Below are positions 1 to 7,795 of a stretch of 64,000 nt of DNA, piece by piece. A program made the position numbers and the translations under genes. Source of the DNA: an uncultured Candidatus Saccharibacteria bacterium (lineage in GTDB: Bacteria > Patescibacteriota > Minisyncoccia > Phycocordibacterales > UBA12088); contig CAYPKR010000003.1 in the NCBI GenBank assembly GCA_964411375.1, positions 7,237 to 71,236 of the forward strand, read 5' to 3'. Within the stretch, counting starts at the first letter, position 1. Each line of letters starts with the position of its first letter. The notes under the pieces were generated by a model. That model saw only the letters and a list, made by a program, of their open reading frames with translations. It made no database searches and had not been told where the DNA came from.

Positions 1-13
1 TACTATTTTCCTG

Positions 14-775
14 ATGATCGGCATTTTTGATTCAGGATCCGGTGGGCTGACTGTTTTGAGAGCGATTCGAGAACGAGCGCCTGATTTGGATATTGTCTAT
101 TTTGGCGATACGAAAAATGCGCCGTATGGAAATAAAAGCAGGGAAGAACTCTCGGCACTCACTGCTCGTGGATTCCAGATTTTGAAAGATGCTGGGGCGA
201 CGCAATTTGTCAGTGCGTGCAACAGCATTTCTGCGTCGGTGACCGAAAGACTTCTACGCCCGCTCCGCATTGATATCGCAGAGGTGGTTGAAATGTCCGA
301 ACCATCAATTAAGTCGTTTGAGGATGAGACCGATCAAAAAATTCTCCTTGTTGCGACGACGGCGACTATTGAGTCAGGAATGTATCAAGATGGATTTACA
401 GAAATTGGAATGGATATCGAAACGTCTCCAATTCCTGATTTAGCAGGCGCGATTGAGCGAGGAGAATCAGCCGAGCTGATCGAAACAATTATTCGCAGAG
501 TTTTTGCGAAGAGGGATTTGTCCGAGATCGATTTTCTCTTTCTTGGCTGCACCCATTTTCCACTCGTTTCTGATGTATTCAAAAAAATACTTCGAGAAGA
601 GAAAAGTCACGCGATCGTATTTGATCCGGCGCTTCCGGTTGCTCGGGAGGCGACAAGACGCTTTGGGACAAAGGGGAACGATTCACTCACTTTTTTGCTC
701 TCTGCAGAATCAGATGCATTTTCAATGCGAGTATCAGCGCTTTTCGGGGAAGGACATTCCATGAAGATTGTATGA
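14..775 (+). CDS. murI: glutamate racemase
   Basis: 253-aa ORF; N-terminal IGIFDSGSGGLTV motif and overall length typical of MurI. Confidence 0.85.
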   Translation: MIGIFDSGSGGLTVLRAIRERAPDLDIVYFGDTKNAPYGNKSREELSALTARGFQILKDAGATQFVSACNSISASVTERLLRPLRIDIAEVVEMSEPSIKSFEDETDQKILLVATTATIESGMYQDGFTEIGMDIETSPIPDLAGAIERGESAELIETIIRRVFAKRDLSEIDFLFLGCTHFPLVSDVFKKILREEKSHAIVFDPALPVAREATRRFGTKGNDSLTFLLSAESDAFSMRVSALFGEGHSMKIV

Positions 776-814
776 ATTGCAAACTCTGTGCCCTTCATGT
801 ATGAATCATCTAGT

Positions 815-845
815 GGTAGTACACTACTAGGGAGTTTTTTAGTAA
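815..845 (+). terminator. weak hairpin followed by T-run (agttttttag) downstream of murI
   Basis: ctagtggtagtacactactag imperfect stem followed by gggagtttttt; seen in sequence. Confidence 0.3.
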
Positions 846-858
846 TTATATTGTATAT

Positions 859-1437
859 ATGAATAAGACAGTGGTGTGGATCGTTGCAATCGGAATCATT
901 GTGCTCGGTTTCTATATTTGGTGGTCGGGTATGCAAGAACCGCGTACATTAAATGAAAATCAAAACGCAACGACAACGACGGACACGACCTCTCCGGTTT
1001 CAGTTGGAAATGTTTCGCGGAAAGGATTTACGTCAAACGTCATTAGTAGCATCTCTGACGCGAGCTCGTTTGCGGCGTTTCTCTCAGCTTCGGGCGTTGA
1101 TGCAACACTTCGAGGTACTGGACCATATACCGTATTCGTTCCAATCAATGCCGCATTTGATCATGCACCAGAAGGCGTATTGTCAGTCACTGGAGCAGAA
1201 CGCAAGCGATTGGTGCAGTACCACGTAATCTCGGGAAAAAAGATCGATCCGAATCTGTTGGTATCGGGAACCGAAACAGCACTTTCGGGTGATCCGCTCA
1301 ATATGCAGATTTCTCAGCTTGATCATGTTGCGCGAGTAAACGGCGCACTTATTCTCTCAAGTTATTCTGCTTCAAACGGCGTCATATATCTCATTAACGG
1401 CGTGCTGATTCCCCCACAGAAGCCCAATTACCAATAA
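859..1437 (+). CDS. fasciclin (FAS1) domain protein with N-terminal membrane anchor/signal
   Basis: N-terminal hydrophobic segment; TVFVPINAAFDHAPEGVL and LVQYHVISGK motifs typical of FAS1 domains. Confidence 0.7.
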   Translation: MNKTVVWIVAIGIIVLGFYIWWSGMQEPRTLNENQNATTTTDTTSPVSVGNVSRKGFTSNVISSISDASSFAAFLSASGVDATLRGTGPYTVFVPINAAFDHAPEGVLSVTGAERKRLVQYHVISGKKIDPNLLVSGTETALSGDPLNMQISQLDHVARVNGALILSSYSASNGVIYLINGVLIPPQKPNYQ

Positions 1438-1466
1438 TTGGATCAGTAGGTTGGGGAAAAAGATTT

Positions 1467-1510
1467 AAATACGCACCGCCGCGCGAAGCGCGGCGGTGCG
1501 TATTTCGTCC
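1467..1510 (+). terminator. rho-independent terminator-like hairpin (18-bp perfect stem)
   Basis: aaatacgcaccgccgcgc-gaa-gcgcggcggtgcgtattt, perfect 18-bp GC-rich stem immediately after fasciclin gene stop. Confidence 0.6.
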
Positions 1511-1531
1511 TCTGTCCGATTATTCGCGCTC

Positions 1532-2884
1532 ATGGTATACCTGTCTTCAATGGCTGATTGGAAAACTTTCTTCAAGAACAAAAAAATTACCGTGATGGGC
1601 GCCGGGCTTCTTGGCGGTATTGGCGATATTCAATTCCTCGTGGAACAAGGGGCTGATTTGATCGTCACCGATCTTCAATCGGAAGAAGCGCTCAAAACAT
1701 CAATTGATCGCCTCAAAGATTTTCCGAATGTGCGATTTACGCTCGGAAAACACGAGCTTGCTGATTTCAAAGATCGCGATCTTGTTATCAAATCGCCTAC
1801 CACACCGCTCGATTCTCCGTTTACTGCGGAAGCAAGAAAAAATCATATTCCAGTTACGATGTGGGCGGCATTGTTTGCAAGGTTCGCACAGGAAGCCGGC
1901 GTGCCGATTGTAGGTGTTACTGGAACGCGTGGCAAAACAACTACGACTGCATGTATTGTTTCCATTGTTGAGGCGTCAGGCAAAAAAGTAATTACGGGGG
2001 GCAATGTTCAAAATATATCTATACTTTCACAGCTTCCTACACTTACTCGCGACTCAATCGCTGTCCTCGAGCTCGATTCGTGGAAACTCCAAGGATTTGC
2101 GGAAGAAAAAATCAGCCCACATATCGCCGTCTTCACTACCTTTTATCCCGATCATCTCAACTATTATCACGGCGATCTCGATCAATATCTTGCTGACAAA
2201 GCAAATATTTTTTTGAATCAGACGCCAGAAGACACGCTCGTTGTCGGGGAACAGGTTGCCGAACTTCTCCAGAAAAAATATGGAAAGAAAATCAAATCAC
2301 ATGTGGTAATCACAAAGACAAACGCAGTTCCAAAATCATGGAAACTCGGGATTCCAGGTGAGCATAATCGCTATAACGCAGCATGCGCAGCCGCAGCTGC
2401 TCGCGCACTTGGTATTGATGATGAAATTATTAAAGGCGCAGTCGAATCATTCAAAGGTGTTTCAGGACGGCTTGAATTTGTACGTGAACTTCGCGGCGTC
2501 AAAATTTATAACGACACAACTGCCACGACACCTGAAGCAACACTTGCGGCCCTCGAAGCAGTTGGAAATTCAGATACAAAAAATATCATCCTCATTATGG
2601 GCGGCGCCGACAAAGGACTCGATATGTCCATACTTCTCCAAGAAGTACAAGAAAAATGCAAAGCAGTCGTTTTGCTTCAGGGATCGGGAACCGAAAAAAT
2701 CGCTCCGGCATTTCCAGATGCTCCCGCGTTTGATTCACTACAATCGGCAATCGAGCAGGCTCAAAAATTTGCAAAAGAAGGGGATATCATTTTGTTTTCT
2801 CCCGCCTTCGCTTCGTTTGGTATGTTTAAAAATGAATACGATCGAGGAGATCAATTCATGGCACTCATACAAAATTTACAATAG
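1532..2884 (+). CDS. murD: UDP-N-acetylmuramoyl-L-alanine--D-glutamate ligase
   Basis: ITVMGAGLLGG Rossmann N-term, GVTGTRGKTTTT P-loop of Mur ligases, PGEHNRYNAACAAAA motif; ATG at 1532 chosen over upstream TTG at 1496 that overlaps the terminator. Confidence 0.8.
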   Translation: MVYLSSMADWKTFFKNKKITVMGAGLLGGIGDIQFLVEQGADLIVTDLQSEEALKTSIDRLKDFPNVRFTLGKHELADFKDRDLVIKSPTTPLDSPFTAEARKNHIPVTMWAALFARFAQEAGVPIVGVTGTRGKTTTTACIVSIVEASGKKVITGGNVQNISILSQLPTLTRDSIAVLELDSWKLQGFAEEKISPHIAVFTTFYPDHLNYYHGDLDQYLADKANIFLNQTPEDTLVVGEQVAELLQKKYGKKIKSHVVITKTNAVPKSWKLGIPGEHNRYNAACAAAAARALGIDDEIIKGAVESFKGVSGRLEFVRELRGVKIYNDTTATTPEATLAALEAVGNSDTKNIILIMGGADKGLDMSILLQEVQEKCKAVVLLQGSGTEKIAPAFPDAPAFDSLQSAIEQAQKFAKEGDIILFSPAFASFGMFKNEYDRGDQFMALIQNLQ

Positions 2885-2888
2885 GAAA

Positions 2889-2907
2889 GGGGGCGCTAGG
2901 CGCCCCC
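2889..2907 (+). terminator. GC hairpin gggggcgc-tag-gcgccccc directly after murD stop (no U-tract)
   Basis: perfect 8-bp G/C stem seen in sequence; lacks T-run so intrinsic-terminator function is uncertain. Confidence 0.35.
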
Positions 2908-2908
2908 T

Positions 2909-3228
2909 CGACCGTCGATTGGATTGTGTGTGGTTCCGCCCACGATTTGAAGTACGGGTCGGGAAGACCGAGGTACAACTGGTTTTCGACGAGGAACCTC
3001 TTCTTCTCGTGCGGCAGCAAAGCCACTTGCAACAACGCTATATGGACAGAAGCCCGGCATACCTCTTCCTGCACAATCGCAAGGCTCGTTTCTGTGAACA
3101 TAACAAGAGGCACCTTGATCGCCGTCCGGCATCCTTTCAGTCATGAGATCCTCACATTGTGTACTCGACTCATGGCAACGTATCACACTCTCCCAAAGTT
3201 TCAACCTTAGTGCTAGGATTGGAACCAC
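2909..3228. other. GC-rich (about 53%) 320-bp non-coding gap between murD and murC; candidate structured RNA or regulatory leader of unknown class
   Basis: no convincing ORF (only short overlapping six-frame ORFs), GC clearly above typical intergenic AT-richness in this window, several local hairpins; class not identified. Confidence 0.3.
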
Positions 3229-4503
3229 ATGGAAAAAATTCACCTAATCGGAATCGGCGGCATCGGTATGAGTGCGCTCGCACAGCTCTATGCCAAAGAG
3301 GGAAAGTTGGTTACGGGGTCTGATCGTGATCCGTCTCCAGCGGTACATGACCTCCTTCTCAAAAAAGGAATACAAGTATATGTCGGTCACCGCGCGGAGA
3401 ATGTCCCCGAGAATGCTAATCTCGTCATTTATTCTGACGCTGTTCCTGAAGATAATCCGGAGCGTGCGCGTGCGCGGGAACTCGGTATTTTGGAACAAAT
3501 GTATTTTGAAGCGCTCGGAGATGTTACCAAGGGTAGAAAGACAATCGCGATTGCGGGAACGCACGGAAAAACAACAACAACTGGAATGCTTACTAAAATC
3601 TTGATTGATGCAGGAGCAAATCCGACTGCGATTGTCGGTTCCATCGTCAAAGATTTTGAATCAAACTTCGTCGCCGGCTCGCCCGATCTTTTTGTTGTCG
3701 AAGCATGCGAATGGCGCGGGCACTTTTTGAATCTGTCACCATTTATTTTAGTTGTTACGAATATCGAATGGGATCACACGGATTTTTATCCAAATCTTCA
3801 GGCAGTCCAAAAAACATTTCGAGAGCTCATGGAACGAGTTCCAAAAGACGGTGCGATTGTGACTGACATGACTCATCAAAATATCGCGCCACTTCTTGTT
3901 GGACTTTCTTGTCGTGTGATTGATTACAAAACACTCACGGAAATCAAGACACCGCTTCTTGGTGAGTTTAATCAAGATAATGCACGTGCTGCGGCAGGAG
4001 GAGTGAACGCATTTTTGCCTGAAACCCAACTACGTGACATCAACACATCTCTCAAAAATTTTCACGGCACATGGCGACGTTTTGAATATAAAGGAAAAAC
4101 AGAAAACGGCGCCGAAGTGTGGGACGACTACGCACATCACCCAACTGCAGTTGCGGTAACACTGAAGGCCGCGCGGGAAAAATTTCCCGATACCAAAATC
4201 ACTGTCGCATTCCATCCACACTTGTACTCGAGAACGAAAGACTTATTGCCTGAATTCACCAATGCATTTACGGATGCCGATCATATTATCATTGCGCCGA
4301 TCTATGCCGCGCGTGAGGTTTCGGACGGTACAATCTCAAACCACATTCTCGCCGAAGCAATTGCTAAAACAGGGAAGGACGTCGTCGCGTTCGATTCGTT
4401 TGATTCAATTGAAGAAAAACTACGCACGCTTCCCGAGGGAAGCCTCATCATTACCATGGGCGCAGGAGATATCTATAAAGTCGGGGAGAGGTTACTTGGC
4501 TGA
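3229..4503 (+). CDS. murC: UDP-N-acetylmuramate--L-alanine ligase
   Basis: IHLIGIGGIGMSALA N-terminus, AIAGTHGKTTTTGM P-loop, length 424 aa. Confidence 0.85.
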   Translation: MEKIHLIGIGGIGMSALAQLYAKEGKLVTGSDRDPSPAVHDLLLKKGIQVYVGHRAENVPENANLVIYSDAVPEDNPERARARELGILEQMYFEALGDVTKGRKTIAIAGTHGKTTTTGMLTKILIDAGANPTAIVGSIVKDFESNFVAGSPDLFVVEACEWRGHFLNLSPFILVVTNIEWDHTDFYPNLQAVQKTFRELMERVPKDGAIVTDMTHQNIAPLLVGLSCRVIDYKTLTEIKTPLLGEFNQDNARAAAGGVNAFLPETQLRDINTSLKNFHGTWRRFEYKGKTENGAEVWDDYAHHPTAVAVTLKAAREKFPDTKITVAFHPHLYSRTKDLLPEFTNAFTDADHIIIAPIYAAREVSDGTISNHILAEAIAKTGKDVVAFDSFDSIEEKLRTLPEGSLIITMGAGDIYKVGERLLG

Positions 4504-6297
4504 TTCTCCGCTACACTGCTGCCTTGCGAGTTCGATCGGTTGAATCGGCGCGGTTGTATAATCGGGCAGCGTTTCTTCCAAGTAAAAGGTCATATTTGTT
4601 TGGATTAATTTTTCTCCGTCTTTGTGATGATCGTTCCAATCGCGGCAGAGATACGCGAGATAGTAATATCGAAGCGTCGAGAAATCGGCCGACCAGAGAT
4701 TCATCAGGTATTTCCGCCACCGCTCATCCGGATAGAGCGCGGAAACATTTTCTGGCTTTTCGATGGTTGGAATCTTCCATCCTGGATTTGCAAGATTTAC
4801 GCTCGCGCCATTTTGCTCAATCCCAGTAATCGCGTACCATCCATCATCTTTGAGAGGATACGGCGCAAACATATTCCACATCTGATCGAGTCCAAGTCCG
4901 CGCATCCATGTGTAATACGCGATTGGATAATTGAGACGAAAACGCGCGGACGGAATATTTGAATAATTCCAAGCTGATACTGCCACAATATATGAAAGCG
5001 CGAGGATAGTGGAGACAGTCCAGAGTAATTTGCAGATGATTTCTGGAAGCATCCATTTTGGTTTATCCGGCAGACATACGCGCTTGCGATGATCGGCGAT
5101 GAATCGATACACATGCTCGCCAATTGGTCTAAACATCGAAAGATTAAAAATCGGTGCAATCCAGTAGAGAAGTGGGGAAGCCGCAAGAAGCGCAATACCA
5201 GCGCCGTATGAAAAATGATGTGCGCCACCTTTGGTCACAATAACCCACGAATCCTTCGCTTCCATTTCTTTCAGTATCTCGGGATTTGTTTGTGCTGGCA
5301 GAATTTCGGTCTTCGGCAAAATCAAAAAGGTGCGGATCAGATGCGATGATTTTTTACAGAAGCCGCAATCGCCGTCGTAGTAGATTGTGAGGTTACCAAA
5401 GTGAGTGCTTGCCCAGCGTTCAACCGAATCCCAAAGTCTTGTGGTGAGGAATGCCGATACACCGGTCATTGAAATCCACGAAAATGGACCGAGGTTCATA
5501 TGGAGCGCAAAAGAGAAATGCATTACTAGAAGTCCAAATGTTGCAATTGAACGAGTGAGGAAGGTGAATACCGGACTAAAGAGGAGAAAGAATACTGACG
5601 CCTGAAGTGTCGTTACGCCAAACGTCAGAAACATCATGAATGCAGGAAACTGTCTGGTGAATTCTCCAATCGGCGTTGAAAATTGATCGAGCGAAAGCGC
5701 ATAATAGACCGCCGTTCCGTTGGTCGTCCATTCCACGCCAGTTTTAAGAAGAACTGCAGAGAAATATACAAACGATACTTGGAAGAGAAATGCTGCACTC
5801 CATGCGGAGAGAAAACGCTTTGGTACTTCTCTTCCGTATCGAAGCGCGGCGTCAACTGAAAACGCGCGTCCCCACGGCAAAAACATACCGATAAATAAAT
5901 AAACGCGAAGCATAATATCGCCGCCTTGAAGGATGATTGGATTGAGGAGTTGCATTATAAAAACCGCGAGCCATACGAATACCGACGCCACTCGCGTTTT
6001 CCAACCGATGAGGAGAAATACTGCCGCCACGATTCCAATCAGGAGCACAACAAGCGGAAGCGCCGGAAATTTGTCCATGAGATTGAAGAGCTCCGGATGC
6101 GGCGTGGTCCACACTCCAGAGTGAATGAGGCTGCTTGGAAAGACGCCGCCGTTTCCATAATGAGCGGTCAGATTGGCAAGACGCTCAAAGATAAAGTCGT
6201 ACAGGACAATGAGCGAAAAGCCGACACGCATGAGCGCGAGCGAGCGAACATCAATACCGAATAGCTCGTTGATCTTCGCCGAAATACGATTTTTCAT
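4492..6297 (-). CDS. HTTM (vitamin K-dependent gamma-carboxylase-like transmembrane) domain protein fused to DCC1-like thiol-disulfide oxidoreductase (DUF393) and a C-terminal domain
   Basis: N-terminal polytopic HTTM-like region; central YYDGDCGFCKKS motif diagnostic of DCC/DUF393 family; 601 aa; converges on murC with 12-bp overlap. Confidence 0.7.
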   Translation of the reverse strand: MKNRISAKINELFGIDVRSLALMRVGFSLIVLYDFIFERLANLTAHYGNGGVFPSSLIHSGVWTTPHPELFNLMDKFPALPLVVLLIGIVAAVFLLIGWKTRVASVFVWLAVFIMQLLNPIILQGGDIMLRVYLFIGMFLPWGRAFSVDAALRYGREVPKRFLSAWSAAFLFQVSFVYFSAVLLKTGVEWTTNGTAVYYALSLDQFSTPIGEFTRQFPAFMMFLTFGVTTLQASVFFLLFSPVFTFLTRSIATFGLLVMHFSFALHMNLGPFSWISMTGVSAFLTTRLWDSVERWASTHFGNLTIYYDGDCGFCKKSSHLIRTFLILPKTEILPAQTNPEILKEMEAKDSWVIVTKGGAHHFSYGAGIALLAASPLLYWIAPIFNLSMFRPIGEHVYRFIADHRKRVCLPDKPKWMLPEIICKLLWTVSTILALSYIVAVSAWNYSNIPSARFRLNYPIAYYTWMRGLGLDQMWNMFAPYPLKDDGWYAITGIEQNGASVNLANPGWKIPTIEKPENVSALYPDERWRKYLMNLWSADFSTLRYYYLAYLCRDWNDHHKDGEKLIQTNMTFYLEETLPDYTTAPIQPIELARQQCSGESAK

Positions 6298-6439
6298 TGG
6301 TAGTATTTTACCATGATAAAGTCGTACAGGACAATGAGCGAAAAGCCGACACGCATGAGCGCGAGCGAGCGAACATCAATACCGAATAGCTCGTTGATCT
6401 TCGCCGAAATACGATTTTTCATTGGTAGTATTTTACCAT
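6190..6439. repeat. perfect tandem duplication, 2 x 125 bp (6190-6314 and 6315-6439)
   Basis: identical 125-bp units seen directly; unit contains start codon plus first 36 codons of the HTTM gene and its upstream leader, so second copy creates a 74-aa pseudo-ORF (6294..6518, minus). Confidence 0.9.
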
Positions 6440-6487
6440 CCGAGCATATTTTCGGACTATAGGGCGGCATGGTATGGTTCGGAGGAT

Positions 6488-7168
6488 ATGGGAACATTAT
6501 CCGTCGTCGCAACGCCAATCGGTAACCTCGAAGATATGACGCTTCGAGCCATTCGCATCCTCAAAGAAGCGGACATTATTCTCTGCGAAGACACTCGAGT
6601 GACCAAGCGTCTCCTTTTTCACTACCAGATTGAGACGTCGACCATGAGCTACCACGAACATTCGGGCAAAATGAAGGTAGAAAAAATTGCCGATATGTTG
6701 GAGGAAGGGAAGAAAATCGCTCTGGTCTCTGACGCGGGAACGCCGGGCGTTTCTGATCCAGGAAGCTACTTGATCCAAGAACTCCGCTCAAAACTTGGCG
6801 ACGATCTAAGCGTTGAAACCATTCCCGGTCCTTCGGCGCTAACCTCTGCCATTGCGATTGCAGGGATCGACGCTGATGCGTTTGTATTCCTTGGATTTCT
6901 CCCGCACAAAAAGGGACGAGAGACGATGTTTGGAGAGATTGCGGAGACTTTGCGTGCCGTTATTTTTTACGAATCCCCACATCGGATCCTCCGGACACTC
7001 GAATCGCTCTCACGGCACATTGGCGAGCGCCAAATGCGTATCTGTCGCGAACTCACCAAGATTCACGAAGAGGTGTTGTCCGGTTCGGCATCCTCACTTC
7101 TCGACCAATTGAACGAAAAACCGGAAAAAGTACGGGGCGAATTTGTAGTCATTATTAATCCACTTTAG
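6488..7168 (+). CDS. rsmI: 16S rRNA (cytidine1402-2'-O)-methyltransferase
   Basis: LSVVATPIGNLEDMTLRA and tetrapyrrole-methylase-like fold motifs (ALVSDAGTPGVSDPG); ATG 6488 preferred to upstream alternative start. Confidence 0.8.
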   Translation: MGTLSVVATPIGNLEDMTLRAIRILKEADIILCEDTRVTKRLLFHYQIETSTMSYHEHSGKMKVEKIADMLEEGKKIALVSDAGTPGVSDPGSYLIQELRSKLGDDLSVETIPGPSALTSAIAIAGIDADAFVFLGFLPHKKGRETMFGEIAETLRAVIFYESPHRILRTLESLSRHIGERQMRICRELTKIHEEVLSGSASSLLDQLNEKPEKVRGEFVVIINPL

Positions 7169-7212
7169 ACAGTCAGAAAATCAGAGAGTATACTGTTTTG
7201 ACAAACCAGATT

Positions 7213-7425
7213 ATGCGAAAAGAAAACACTATTATTGCGCTTAGTATTCTAATCTTCCTCATCCCATTCCTGGGTGTGCCGGGGAGTCTCAAAACACTCG
7301 CGACTCTCACTTCCGCATTTCTTATCTGTATCTTTGGGATTATGGTCAGAAGTGATTTCAAAAAAATGGCAGTAGCAAAAGGGAAACACACGGATGCATT
7401 TGTTGAAAACGGTACCCATCAGTAA
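7213..7425 (+). CDS. small two-TM membrane protein (hypothetical)
   Basis: 70-aa ORF with two hydrophobic helices; TATACT -10-like hexamer 7190-7195 upstream. Confidence 0.35.
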   Translation: MRKENTIIALSILIFLIPFLGVPGSLKTLATLTSAFLICIFGIMVRSDFKKMAVAKGKHTDAFVENGTHQ

Positions 7426-7462
7426 TTAGCAGTTCAGGAGATTTGCTGAATAAATAGACACG

Positions 7463-7487
7463 CGCCGCGTGGCTAAGCCACGTGGCG
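7463..7487. terminator. bidirectional terminator hairpin between convergent small genes
   Basis: cgccgcgtggc-taa-gccacgtggcg 11-bp stem (one G-U); T-rich flank on minus strand side. Confidence 0.55.
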
Positions 7488-7496
7488 TCGGGGTAC

Positions 7497-7724
7497 CTAT
7501 TCAAGTTTCGTTCGAAGCCAGGCACCCACTTTTCTTTTTGAACCGGTAAGTATGCGGAGAGATGTTTCTTCCCAATCTCTAGACGCCTGTTCGAAAACAC
7601 GATCAATCAATGAGGCCGCTTCTTCTGGGGTTATGCCAGAACCCTCGGGAGATCTGCACAATGATACGATGAGTGCATCCCGAAGAGCCCTATCACGAAG
7701 CGCCAGTAGCTGTCGAAGGTTCAT
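7497..7724 (-). CDS. hypothetical small protein (75 aa)
   Basis: ORF only; ends just before terminator hairpin; no recognisable domain. Confidence 0.3.
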   Translation of the reverse strand: MNLRQLLALRDRALRDALIVSLCRSPEGSGITPEEAASLIDRVFEQASRDWEETSLRILTGSKRKVGAWLRTKLE

Positions 7725-7776
7725 GCGAACTCTCCTCTAGAACATTCCCCGAGAGAATACCATAGGAAAGGAGGAG

Positions 7777-7794
7777 TGGTATACTCTCTATAAT
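7777..7794 (+). promoter_or_regulatory. extended -10-like element TGgTATACT plus TATAAT immediately upstream of ATG 7796 (leaderless-type promoter candidate)
   Basis: tggtatactctctataatt ATG seen in sequence. Confidence 0.35.
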
Positions 7795-7795
7795 T

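Noticed and set aside
3040-3060. RNase P RNA-like motif ACAGAAGCCCGGCAUACC (cf. ACAGAACCCGGCUUA of P4 region)
   Set aside because: The partner P4 strand is not complementary and the spacing between candidate CR-I-like and CR-V-like segments is about 100 nt instead of about 280. Neither strand can be folded into an RNase P core by eye.
2358-3243. Six-frame ORFs 2358-3146(+), 2926-3210(+), 2896-3243(-) covering the murD-murC gap
   Set aside because: The first overlaps murD out of frame. The others have no start context, no domain signatures and biased low-complexity composition. Treated as non-coding.
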